Origin: a virus
Length of the DNA: 64,000 nucleotides
IMG/VR virus record: IMGVR_UViG_3300042311_000920
Span: 1-64,000 of that record
Strand: one strand, 5' to 3'
Part shown: in pieces, positions 36,564 to 47,500 of the stretch
Numbering within the stretch: the stretch's first letter is position 1
How the letters are laid out: each line of letters begins with the position of its first letter
The notes under the pieces: model-generated
Databases searched by the model: none
Seen by the model: only the letters and a program-made list of their open reading frames with translations
Told to the model about the DNA's origin: nothing
Program-made: the position numbers and the translations under genes

Positions 36564-37496
36564 ATGGACAGTTTATTCACAGATTGGCGCCCACGCGCGT
36601 CGTCGTTTGGCTTATTACTTACAAACCTTCCCGAACCGTTCACAAATGAAGACGAAAAACGTCTCAAAGAAATTCAGTACGAAAAAGAAACGGGAATAAT
36701 GCCAAGCGGAAGTAAAAACCGTGGATGGTCCGAAACAAAACAAACTGAACTTGACAAGTACCTTAAAAAGAAAGACGGCAAAGATTCACTTCCCGATGGA
36801 GCCATCACAAAACTTGAAGAAATCTTCGATGATATTTTCTGGAAACGTAAAAAACTTCTCAATAACAAGTACCTCGAAAAAGGTTTAATAGTTGAGGAAG
36901 ATTCCCTTGAATTACTTTCAGAAATTGACGACGTTACCTATTGGAAAAACGACGAGCAAATTGAAAATGAGTTCGCGCAAGGTTGCCCTGATAATATCGA
37001 CGGTCGCGTTCGTGATGCTAAATCAAATTACGATTACTTCACGTTCAAAAATGCGGAACTTTCAAATCTATACGCTTGGCAAATCAAGTGTTATATATGG
37101 ATTTTACTTTCGCTAGGTCGAAAAATCGACCGCACCGGAGAACTTTGTTATTGCCTTGTAAACAGCCCGGCACATCGTATTGAAGCCGAGAAGAAATCAA
37201 TCTACTTTTCAATGGGTCAACCTGATTACGAAGAGGAACGTTTTATCAAAGCTGCATCACAACTTGAACGCAACCACATTTTTGACATTCAGAAATTCAA
37301 AGAAGATTATCCGAACGTTGATTTAATCAATACACATTGGCGCGACGTTCCGAAGCATATGCGTTTAAAAAGATTCGAGGTAACGTTGGAAGACAAAGAC
37401 ATCGAACACATGACACGTCGTTCAAAAATGGCTAAGAAGTGGTTATTAGAAAGAGAGCAAAAAGAGTTAGAAGTAATCAACAGTAAAGAATGGTAA
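36564..37496 (+). CDS. YqaJ/lambda-exonuclease-like protein
   Basis: RASS, KG..VEE, GCPD, DAKS and YAWQIKCY motifs. Confidence 0.75.
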   Translation: MDSLFTDWRPRASSFGLLLTNLPEPFTNEDEKRLKEIQYEKETGIMPSGSKNRGWSETKQTELDKYLKKKDGKDSLPDGAITKLEEIFDDIFWKRKKLLNNKYLEKGLIVEEDSLELLSEIDDVTYWKNDEQIENEFAQGCPDNIDGRVRDAKSNYDYFTFKNAELSNLYAWQIKCYIWILLSLGRKIDRTGELCYCLVNSPAHRIEAEKKSIYFSMGQPDYEEERFIKAASQLERNHIFDIQKFKEDYPNVDLINTHWRDVPKHMRLKRFEVTLEDKDIEHMTRRSKMAKKWLLEREQKELEVINSKEW

Positions 37497-37705
37497 CCAT
37501 GGAACAATTAGAATTTTTAGAGCAAGAATTAAACATGATGCTTGAAAACATCAAACGCATCAAAGAGTACCAAAAGTCAGAAGAAAATATACAGTGGCGT
37601 CCGTGTTCTTCTAGAGTTATGGGAGAACTAAAACACCGTGCCGTTTCTTTAAAACAAAGATTAACATTAGTATCAAGCATAACCACTAACGATTTATTTA
37701 GATAA
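37490..37705 (+). CDS. Hypothetical protein
   Basis: Coupled ORF. Confidence 0.5.
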   Translation: MVTMEQLEFLEQELNMMLENIKRIKEYQKSEENIQWRPCSSRVMGELKHRAVSLKQRLTLVSSITTNDLFR

Positions 37706-37707
37706 TC

Positions 37708-37983
37708 ATGCAAATATCAGGAAATTTAAAATTAGTAAAGTCAGTACAGCAAATTACCGAGAAATTCTCTAAAAGAGAATTTGTAATAGTCACGAACGAA
37801 CAATACGCTCAAACGATTCTACTTGAATTACAAGGACAGAATTGTGATATCATTGATGCTTATGCAGAAGGTCAGGGAATCATTTGTAACATAGAATTTA
37901 AAGGTCGAGTTTGGACAAATCCACAGGGCGAAGACAAGTATTTCAACACAATCGTATGTACGGGTATTCAACCTACTAATTAG
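37708..37983 (+). CDS. DUF3127 (SSB-like OB-fold) protein
   Basis: FSKREFVIVTNEQYAQ...KGRVW...KYFNTI. Confidence 0.8.
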   Translation: MQISGNLKLVKSVQQITEKFSKREFVIVTNEQYAQTILLELQGQNCDIIDAYAEGQGIICNIEFKGRVWTNPQGEDKYFNTIVCTGIQPTN

Positions 37984-38072
37984 CAATCGTAAGCCAAAAA
38001 AATTTTCATTAATCTAGTGTAAAAAGTGTAGTTTTGACGCTGTACTTTTTACACTTTTACAACAGTTTTAAT

Positions 38073-38474
38073 ATGAACAAGCAACTTAAAGAACTGTACG
38101 ACTGGCTTGACATTCCGCAACAGTTAACACGTAAGATTATAAAAGACAAGATAGTTGAGATTGACAACAGCCTCAAAAAAACCAGAGCACCACGTTCACT
38201 TTTTACACCGCCAACCGTTGTTGATATTTCAGAGTACTGCACTTTGAGAAACAACGGGATTAACGCAGACCATTTTTACGACCATTATCAAGCCAAAGGT
38301 TGGGTTGTAGGACGCGTCAAAATGAAAGATTGGCAAGCAGCAGTCCGCACGTGGGAGAAAAACAACATCAATAAACCAAACCAACAATCAGATGGAAGAC
38401 AACAACCACTACTTGGTCGACAGACAGCAGATACAGTTAGAGCAAATGCAACAGGCTGGGACAGTCTTGGATGA
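38073..38474 (+). CDS. Replication-initiator C-terminal-like protein
   Basis: FTPPT...FYDHYQAKGW.VG..KMKDWQAAVRTWE. Confidence 0.65.
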   Translation: MNKQLKELYDWLDIPQQLTRKIIKDKIVEIDNSLKKTRAPRSLFTPPTVVDISEYCTLRNNGINADHFYDHYQAKGWVVGRVKMKDWQAAVRTWEKNNINKPNQQSDGRQQPLLGRQTADTVRANATGWDSLG

Positions 38475-39318
38475 AATCTCCAAAAAAACCGAACTGCCCA
38501 CCTTAACGTTTCTCAAAGAAAATTACGATTTTGAAACCATTCGCAAACGACAATTCCAACCCAATTTCACACAGTTGATCGGGGTAATGATTACGAAGCT
38601 TTCAATTTTAGCGGGAATAAAAAACGAAATTGATTTTGCAAATAAGTCCGACTTGCTTCGTTTTGTAAAAACCCGATGTAGCGCACTCACGCTCGAAGAA
38701 TTTTACAAAGCTTTTGAACTCGAAAGATTTGGACTGTACGAAACCAAAACAGAGCATTACGGATTATTTAACGCTGAATATTGTGCAGCAATCATAAACA
38801 AGTACCTAAAATGGAAAAAAACCTCGCTAATCGACCACAATATAACGAGGAACATTAATAACGTACTTCCAGAAGTAACCCCATCGGCACAAAAAGAAGT
38901 AATGAATAATGCGCTCGTTCGGGTATTCAATGAATTCAAAGAAACAAAGCAAATTCCAAGACCCAACAATTACATTTTTGACGAACTCGTTGAACGTGAA
39001 ATTATTCTCCTTGGCGTGACAGATAAACTCGTGGCTTACTACGAAAAAACAACCCGAATAGCAAGGTCGCAATTATTACGTGAACTTGAAGCTACTAAAA
39101 AATCAGCACTAGACAAAGCTGAAAACCGGTCAATCAAAGAGCAAATCGAAAAAATCCAAAAAGGCGGCTCCAATTCTGTTTACGCCCGAGTAAAAGAAAT
39201 TGTCTTGACAGAATTTTTTCAGAAACTCATACTTCAAGAAAAGGACATTCAAGAAATAATCCTAGAAAACGATGAAACACGGCAAAATATACCATCAGCT
39301 GGAAATAATCCGACCTAA
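38392..39318 (+). CDS. Hypothetical replication-region protein
   Basis: 308-aa ORF overlapping the initiator-like gene. Confidence 0.6.
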   Translation: MEDNNHYLVDRQQIQLEQMQQAGTVLDEISKKTELPTLTFLKENYDFETIRKRQFQPNFTQLIGVMITKLSILAGIKNEIDFANKSDLLRFVKTRCSALTLEEFYKAFELERFGLYETKTEHYGLFNAEYCAAIINKYLKWKKTSLIDHNITRNINNVLPEVTPSAQKEVMNNALVRVFNEFKETKQIPRPNNYIFDELVEREIILLGVTDKLVAYYEKTTRIARSQLLRELEATKKSALDKAENRSIKEQIEKIQKGGSNSVYARVKEIVLTEFFQKLILQEKDIQEIILENDETRQNIPSAGNNPT

Positions 39319-39634
39319 AAAAGACCAATTTGTAACTATGGAACATTTCGAAATATACAACAGTCAATTAAACTACCTAGAAATAACAGAAGAAGATATG
39401 GCATTATTTAAACACCGTGAACCGGAAACAGAAATTCAAGAAAAAGAAAAAGCTTCTATAAGTGAATTCATAAAAGCAGTAAAAGAGGAATTGAAATTCC
39501 TTGGCTACACAATAGACGAGCTTGCATCATCTACCTACATCAACAACGAAAGATTGCGATCATTGCTTCAAGGAAAAATGAAATTCACTCCCGAGGAAAT
39601 CAAAGAAATCAAGAAAAAATTATACATGGATTAA
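39272..39634 (+). CDS. Hypothetical protein with C-terminal HTH
   Basis: GYTIDELASSTYINNERLRSLLQGK. Confidence 0.55.
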   Translation: MKHGKIYHQLEIIRPKKDQFVTMEHFEIYNSQLNYLEITEEDMALFKHREPETEIQEKEKASISEFIKAVKEELKFLGYTIDELASSTYINNERLRSLLQGKMKFTPEEIKEIKKKLYMD

Positions 39635-39722
39635 AACAATCAAAAATGACTATCGAAGCTTACAATACGGACCCAAAAGCTATCGAAGAAATTGTAAAAA
39701 AAGTTTTAAAAAATAAGCAACT

Positions 39723-40094
39723 ATGAAAATAAACGAACTAGCAAAACAAGAGATTGACGCTATCGACCAATCTAAAAACTTCGACCAAGAAGTAGAAAAA
39801 ACACTCGACCGCGTTCGTGAATTGCTAATTACAAAAGGTAAAGAATACCGACGTAACAACGACCCTTTTCACAACTTCGAAGTAGGTGCTTCAATGACAG
39901 GAAAAACCCGAGAAGAAGTACTGTACGGTTTTCTATTAAAGCACCTTATTTCAGCCCAAGACATCAGAAACGATATTGCTAACGGAACACTGCCAAGCCG
40001 TGAAAAAGTAAAAGAAAAATGGGATGACATCATCACGTATTTCACAATCGAAAAAGCCAGTATTCTGGATAGAATTTCAAAACTAAAAATTTAA
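39723..40094 (+). CDS. Hypothetical all-alpha protein, possibly nucleotide-modification associated
   Basis: LITKGKEY...DPFHNF...KH...EKWDDIITY. Confidence 0.55.
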   Translation: MKINELAKQEIDAIDQSKNFDQEVEKTLDRVRELLITKGKEYRRNNDPFHNFEVGASMTGKTREEVLYGFLLKHLISAQDIRNDIANGTLPSREKVKEKWDDIITYFTIEKASILDRISKLKI

Positions 40095-40132
40095 CTTAAG
40101 ACCCCTCGACGGAGGCAAAACGTAAAATTATC

Positions 40133-40384
40133 ATGTACATGAAAGATTTAGTAGAGGTTGTAGCAAACAACACAAACGTTTCAAAAAAGCAAGCTAAAGA
40201 TAACGTTACGGCTGTTATCGAAGCAATTCAACAAGGACTTGCAAAGGAAGGAAAAGTTCAAATCCGTGAATTCGGCACGTTCAAAGTTGTAACTCGTAAA
40301 GCAAGAGAAGGTCGAAATCCACAAACAGGTGTGGCTATTCAAATCGCAGAAAAGCAAGTAGTGAAATTCACGCCTGCAAAGTAA
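40133..40384 (+). CDS. hup: HU family DNA-binding protein
   Basis: FGTFKV..RKAREGRNPQTG...VVKFTP. Confidence 0.9.
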   Translation: MYMKDLVEVVANNTNVSKKQAKDNVTAVIEAIQQGLAKEGKVQIREFGTFKVVTRKAREGRNPQTGVAIQIAEKQVVKFTPAK

Positions 40385-40389
40385 AAATT

Positions 40390-40420
40390 TTGGGTCGGCA
40401 TACGTCGGCCCAATTTTTTT
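40390..40420 (+). terminator. Intrinsic terminator
   Basis: TTGGGTCGGC/GTCGGCCCAA stem followed by a T-run. Confidence 0.7.
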
Positions 40421-40557
40421 AAATAAAAAATCAATTAATATGGAAATTTTAAAAACAATCGGCCACGTACTGATCATTTGCACAGGAATAGGATTTATAA
40501 CAACAGTAATTTACGTGATTACTGTTTTTATAGTCCAAAATAAAAAATAACAAAACA

Positions 40558-40974
40558 ATGAAAGTAAAAATCAAAAAATTATCAGAGAACGCAGTAATCC
40601 CGACTTATTCAAAAGAAGGCGATGCAGCAATGGATTTAACCGTAACATCAATGGAAATTGTAGATTACGAACATATTAAGTACGGATTTGGTATCGCAAT
40701 TGAAATTCCAATCGGGTACGTAGGTTTTGTATTTCCTAGATCAAGTTGCTACAAGCAAAGACAAATATTAAGTAATGCCGTAGGGGTAATTGACAGCGGA
40801 TATCGTGGCGAAATTTCAGCAGTAATGATAGGTACTTCATCACATAGTTATAAAGTCGGGGAACGTGCAGCACAATTAATAATCTTGCCTTATCCTAAAA
40901 TCGAATTCGAGGAAGTATCTGAATTGTCAGAAACCGAACGAGGCGAAGGTGGATATGGAAGTACAGGAAAATAA
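40558..40974 (+). CDS. dut: Trimeric dUTPase
   Basis: AMDL, PRSS, GVIDSGYRGE, AQL and RGEGGYGSTG motifs. Confidence 0.95.
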   Translation: MKVKIKKLSENAVIPTYSKEGDAAMDLTVTSMEIVDYEHIKYGFGIAIEIPIGYVGFVFPRSSCYKQRQILSNAVGVIDSGYRGEISAVMIGTSSHSYKVGERAAQLIILPYPKIEFEEVSELSETERGEGGYGSTGK

Positions 40975-40988
40975 AGCAAACATCAACC

Positions 40989-41016
40989 AACCCGGCACGT
41001 AATTGTCGGGTTTTTT
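40989..41016 (+). terminator. Intrinsic terminator
   Basis: AACCCGGCA/TGTCGGGTT stem followed by a T-run. Confidence 0.7.
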
Positions 41017-41031
41017 AATACCTAAAAACCA

Positions 41032-41304
41032 ATGGCAATAAATGTACACAACAGTTGCGACGGAAAAATAAGATATGAAAACGAAATAGCAGTTCAGTAC
41101 CATTTACATTCAAATAACATTGAAGGAATAGAAGATTATTACGTTTGTCAATTCTGCGGTGGATTTCACGCTTATACCATTCCAGGCAAAAAGACTTTGA
41201 GTTCAAAAAAAACCGTCCGAAACTATCAGTTGAAAAACAAGACCGAGCCACGAAAAATGAAAATGAGCAAAAGTAAAAGCGGTAGAAAAGGAAGAAAAAA
41301 TTAA
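41032..41304 (+). CDS. Small zinc-binding phage protein
   Basis: C.GKIRY...YVCQFCGGFH. Confidence 0.6.
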   Translation: MAINVHNSCDGKIRYENEIAVQYHLHSNNIEGIEDYYVCQFCGGFHAYTIPGKKTLSSKKTVRNYQLKNKTEPRKMKMSKSKSGRKGRKN

Positions 41305-41527
41305 TATATTTACATTATGAATAAAAGAAAATTATTAAAAATAATCGCAAGATTTACTGTATTTTTTAGAATGACAATTATCCGAGATTGTAGAGTAGCT
41401 TTGATTGAGTATAAATATCAAACATTAAAAAATTGTTACTATCAAATTGACACGGATATTTCTCAACAAAAACAAATACTTGAAAAACAAGATTTAAAAT
41501 TAAAACAACTTAATATTAAATAACAAA

Positions 41528-41551
41528 AAACCCTCTTTAATTAGAGGGTTT
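41528..41551. terminator. Bidirectional terminator between the early and late blocks
   Basis: AAACCCTCT/AGAGGGTTT stem. Confidence 0.6.
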
Positions 41552-44500
41552 GTTATTTATTTTATTATATTTTTCAATTTCTTTTTTAAATAACTCTTTA
41601 TTTTTATAAAAATTAACTAATATCTTTTTAATATTCTTATCTCCTTTATAGTTTATGGCTATTTTTTGTTTAAATTGTTTTATACTTTGAGTTGATAACG
41701 GAGTTAATTCAGGTATTTTATTTTTCAACAAATCGTTAATTGCTTTATTTGATAATTTAGAAGACTTTAAACTAACTTCAATATCATCATCAGTCATACC
41801 CATCTTTTTTCCTGCGTTAACAATATTAAGCATCTTTTTATAGTTTACTTCGTGATATTTAGCATAATCTTTAACAATGCTTTCTACTTCATCTTTCTCA
41901 AGTAATTTTGATGTTTTTACTAATTTTGAAGCGCTACTTTTGTCTGCGGATTCTGAATCTTTAACTTGATATGCAAAACTTGACATTGCTGCACTGTAAT
42001 TAATTACCGATAACCTCATTCCGAATAAACCCAATAAAGCTTCTTGGTTTGTATATTCTTTACCATAAGAACTAAATTTATCGCCTACATATTGAGAGCC
42101 TATTTCATTGGCTCTCATAAATTCAGTTGCATTATTATAAACACCAGGGCCAGCTTGTTTCATTAAAAAATTAATAATCTTATTCGGTTCGTTAATTATT
42201 GCGTCAAATAAATTATTACTTTGATATATTTTTTGATTATACTCATTTTCATTTTCACTTACACTTATTAGTGTTTTAAATGAAATATCCTGTGAAATAT
42301 AAGGAGAAAGTATTTCGTTTAATGATTGTTTTAATTTGTTATCAAAATCTCTTCCTGCTCTTTGTTCAAACAATGTAGATATTGGTTTCATTAGTGTTTC
42401 GCTTGCGAAAAAAGCCGTTCCGTCTATAAACATAGGTTTTCCGTTTTTAGTTCCTATGTATATTAATTTTGAATTTATTTGCCATTCTGGAAGCATATCT
42501 CTAATAGCATCATCATCTTCATCACTAATTCCTAACATAGACATTGTTAACATACTCAAACCGCTTAAAGTAGCATTTGCAACAATCATTCCTGTAGCTC
42601 TTTGAAATGCCATTTTATTTCGACCCGCTTCAATATCTTCTTTAACAAACAAAAGATTGTTTTTAGTGGTTCTAATCGCTTCATAAGGAAAAGAAACAAA
42701 CGTTCCTACTAATGGAACTCTTCTTAATCTTTGCATGTTTTTTGGTAAATAGGAATAAGTTGGATAACCGTTATTTATTCTGTAGGCTGCTTTTTTTTCT
42801 GCCTCTGCTTTACTCATTCCTGACTTTATAAAATTATCGGTTTCAATGTAAAAACCCGCTACTTTATAAAAATCATCGCCAAAAGCATATAGTTTTTTAG
42901 CAAAATCAAAAACTTTTTCAGTAGTGTTTTTACTTATCATTCTATCTACTTCTTTACTGAAATCATTTAATACAGCCATTAACTCCCCAGAATTTGCTCC
43001 ATCACCCAAAACCCCTAGTTTAATTAATTTCTGACGTTCATCAAATAATTGTGTTTGAGATATTTTCGTGGTTAAGGCTTGGTTAAAAGCTTCTGCAATA
43101 CGTTCTGGTTTCATTAAGAATAAATGTCCTGAATTTGCTCCTAAAAAAACACCGCTTATTAAATTTCTCGCTGTGGTTGTTGGAGACAAAACAGTTTTAT
43201 TTAATTTTACATAACCTGCAATTTTTATCCACGCTTTGTAAAAACCACTTTCGATAGTTTTCAAAGGTTGCATATCCTCAAACGCCTCTTTAAACTCAAC
43301 AGGAACATAAATGTCGTTTAATATCTTCCATCCATCTCCATCTGCTAATTTAACATATCCTAATTTCGCTTCGGTGCTTGCAATATTGTTGGCTATTAAA
43401 TTTTCTCTTAATTTTGACTGATACTCTATATTGCCTAAATATTGACTTATTTTATATACGGTATTTACGTAGTTATAAACAGGGTCTTTACTTTCTCCGA
43501 GCAACTCTCTAAATTCTAAAGGGATATTTTTCCTCTTTTTAAAGAAGTTAGAAACTGCATTTCCGTTTGAACTAAGTTGAAAATCGCTTTTACCTTTTCT
43601 TATATCTGCAAGATATTCAGCAACGGCTTCGGTAGCTTCGTTTCTACTCATCCCTTCTTCTCGTATCAAAAAGTTTATAGCATTTCTGATACGTAGCTGC
43701 CCTTCTTTGCTGATATTTTTAAAATCCCCAGTAATAATATCACGATAATTATCATCAGAAAATATCTGATAATTTCTGGTGATGTAAGTATCCATGTTTG
43801 CTTTAATAGTGTCAATAAGGTTTTGAGTTGAATCAATACTATTTTGGTTTTTCATTTTAGATAAATTATCTTCCAAAATATCAACCAACGCAGTAGACAA
43901 ACCATTTATTCGTTCTCTAAAATAATCTAATTGGTTTATTTGTTCTTGGGATAAAAAAGAAACATCAGCTCCTTTTTCACCGGCCAAATAATCATTTATT
44001 GACAACAAATTATTGTTAATATTATTTTTGTCTAAATTTTTTACTGCTTTTATTATTTTATGAAAAGCATTAACTTCACTGTTTATATGGTCTGAAAACG
44101 CAGCTATTGTTCTGTTTCTGCTTCTAACAACTTCGGCTGTTGTATTATTTAATCCGCTGTTACTTTTAAAAGTATTAGCCCAAACTCTTTTAAAATATCT
44201 TTGAAAAGGAAAACGAAACTTAACAGGCCCATTATCTGACAACAGTAAGTCTCTTTGATTTTGATTGCTACTTCCTAAAAAACCTTGCGATATCGCTTCG
44301 GAATCGTCTTCTAAATCCGAATTATCAAATTCATTGTTGTCTTCTATACTTGGTCCTACTTCTTCGTTTGGTTTTTCAACATCTTCTTGATTGGGTTGTT
44401 GCTCGATGACTTCTCCTTCAATAACTCCATTTTCTGGTCCATCTTCTTTTGCATCGACAACGGCATCGCTTCGTAAATTGTTTGGAACTTGCTTTTTTCG

Positions 44501-47500
44501 GTCGCTGATTGTTTCATTTGATTTATCTCTTTTAGTCGTTATTCCTTCGTCTTCAACTTTAAATATATCGGGTTGACCAACATTGTTATTATAATTTTGC
44601 AACCATTTTTTAAATCCAGCATCTGAAATAGCTAGTATTACTGCATACTCATCAATATTTGGAGTAAATTTTTCTCCAAAAATATCAGGTTGATCTAAAT
44701 ATTCTTCAATTGTTTGCTTTGTAGTTTTTAACTGATAGATAACTTCAATCGCTTTTGCAATTTCATTACCTAACTGGTAAGCGGAATCTAATTTACCATT
44801 ATTTATTAAACCAACAAGGCTTTGAAGAATTTTATTTCTAATATCTCCCATTCCTTGAATTGACAAAGTATTAATTGTTTTTTCATTAAATACGCTTCCT
44901 AATGCAATATTTTCCATTAAAGAAACACCTTCTTTGGTCATTACGTTTTTATCAACATCAAAATATCTCGGTATTTCATTACTTTGAATTATATTATCGT
45001 TAAGCAAAATATCTCTCAATTGCTTTACTGATTTTGGGTCAGAAGTAACATCGGACGGACGTTCTGCGGAATCGTAAACTTCTGCGATTTGTCTTTTGGT
45101 TTTATCGCTTAATGTCTTGCTGTATTCTACTGCTTTTCCAGCACTTGATTTTTCTTTTTTATCTTGCTTATTAAACTTGGATAAAGTTTCAGTAGTATAT
45201 GGTAGATTTCTTTCTGCTTCAAAAACCATAATTGGATTTTTAATAGCAGAAATAGCATCAGGGTCAATGCCATACATATCCGCATCTTGTATAAGAGCTT
45301 CTTTGTATTTAGTATCAGTTCCTTTTTTTGCAGCCAACTTTCTACTCATTACACGATTATTGCCATCAACAGCAATACCATCAGTAGTAACTACAGGTGT
45401 TTGCTGAATTGCTCTTCCGTCATAATCTTGAGCAATTTTAACCACTTCCACTTGAGCGTTTTTATCTTTTTCGTAATCACGGTCGTTAATGGTTTCTCCT
45501 CGTTCGTTAACCGGATAACCGTTAGTTTTAGAGAAATTATCCTCATTATGCGAGGCTAAAATATCATCAGCCGAAACAACTTTGTATTGTCCTTTAATTT
45601 TAGAACCATCAGCAATTGTTATCTCTCGTTTTCTACCTACTACTTGTGATTTTTTATTTTTGTAATTTTCAGTACCTATTCCGCTTACGTCAATTTTCGC
45701 TTCAACATTTTCTACTGCAACACTTTCAGATTGAGTAGTAGGTGTAGGTTGTTCTTTAGATAGTAGGGATTCTGATTTTGATTTTTCAATTATGAATATT
45801 GATTCAGGATTAAAAACAACATAATTATACGCTTCCCCTTTCCCTGCATTTGATTTAAACCTTACACCATCAATTCCAACTTCTACCATTATACGGGTTG
45901 CTTCTTTTTGTCCAAAGGCATCAGCTAAATCAGAATAAACTGCCCCAGCTTGTAAAGGTCTTTCGTCTATGACTAAGTCTTCGTTAAATAATGATTCCGC
46001 TGCCCCTGTATGTGATTTGTCATTTTCTGTTTCAGATAAATATTTTTCGTACTCTGCTTTTTTACTTGCGACTACTTTTGATATTTTTTCTGCTTGACTA
46101 TTATCTAAAGCATCTCTCCATTCAAGCCAATCCTTAGTCCTGCCGTCTTTTACTGTTACTTTGTAAACCTTCCCTTCTTTATCAGTAGATAATTTTTCGG
46201 CATATTGTTTTGCGATTTTATTTGATTCGGTAAAATATAATCCCCAACCAAATGCTTGATTGCCTTCTCCCGTACCAATCTTATCTAATTGAAACTTATC
46301 AAAGTCGTGCGGTGTACCATGCTCTAAAATCAAATCCTTATTGTTACTTCTAAAATCGGATAAATCCTTATCTGCCGCATCCAACTCTTTCTTTGCGGCA
46401 TTATATTCGTTACTTGACTTATCCATTTTACTAACCTTCCCATTCAAGTCCTTCCATTTATTATACAGTTCACCGTCTATTCTATTGTAGTCAGCATTTG
46501 AATTTACATCTCTTAATGCATTACTAGTTGATTCTACATCCATTAATGGGTTTTTTATTTGACTAGGATTTGGAATTGTCTCGTTATTCTCTTCTAAAAC
46601 CGCATTATCATTGACTTCGTTTATTTGACGGTTATTTGATTCACGAACCTCGCTGTTGTAAATCTGCACGGCACGTTTTACAATTTCAGCATCTTCAATC
46701 TTTACGGTTTTCGTGCCGTCAGGATTTTTCTCTTTCATTAATTCACGCGAAGCCAAATTTTTCAATCGAACTACTTCTTTGTCTGATAATTCTGTCAATG
46801 AATTATAACCACCTTCAAGTGTAGAGTTTCGTTTTTCTTCAAGCGAATTAAATTCGTTTTCAAGTTCTTTTATTTTCGCTTTTTTAATGGATTCAGAAAA
46901 ATTTGAATTCGAAACTTCCTTCGCTTTTGCTTTTAAATCGGTTTGTCGTTGGTTTACTTCAACTAAAAATGATTTTGCCTGAATAGGTAATTCAATCCCT
47001 TTTTTGGCGTTCTTTTCAACGATTGCAAACGCTTCGTTATTTAACTTGTTATTTTGTTGGTAAAGGTCTTTACGTTCTGCATCAGTTAAATTTTGATTAT
47101 TTTCAATCTCGTCGTTGATCGCGTTTATTTGCGAGAATATTTTTTGAACTTCTGCAATATCTTTTTTGTCGGAATATAGTTTGGATTGCGTAACGCCTAA
47201 ACCTATCAATCCGCCCGTCATTGTCATCACACCACCCATTAATCCACCTGCAACTCCACTTTCAAAACGCATTTCGTTCTTTTCGGCTTGCGTACGAACC
47301 ACGCCAAGTAATTCTTGGTCAATGGTAATTTGTCCTTCGGCTGTAATTAATTCTGTACCGCCTTCAAGTCCTACATTGTAAGCGGTTTTGCCTAGGCCTT
47401 TGTAAGTAGTTTTCAAAAAGCTATCAGTAAACATTCTTCTCGAAGCTGTAGATGCAGCCGAAACTGTTTTTTCAAGGTCTTTTAAAATTCTTGCCGTACC

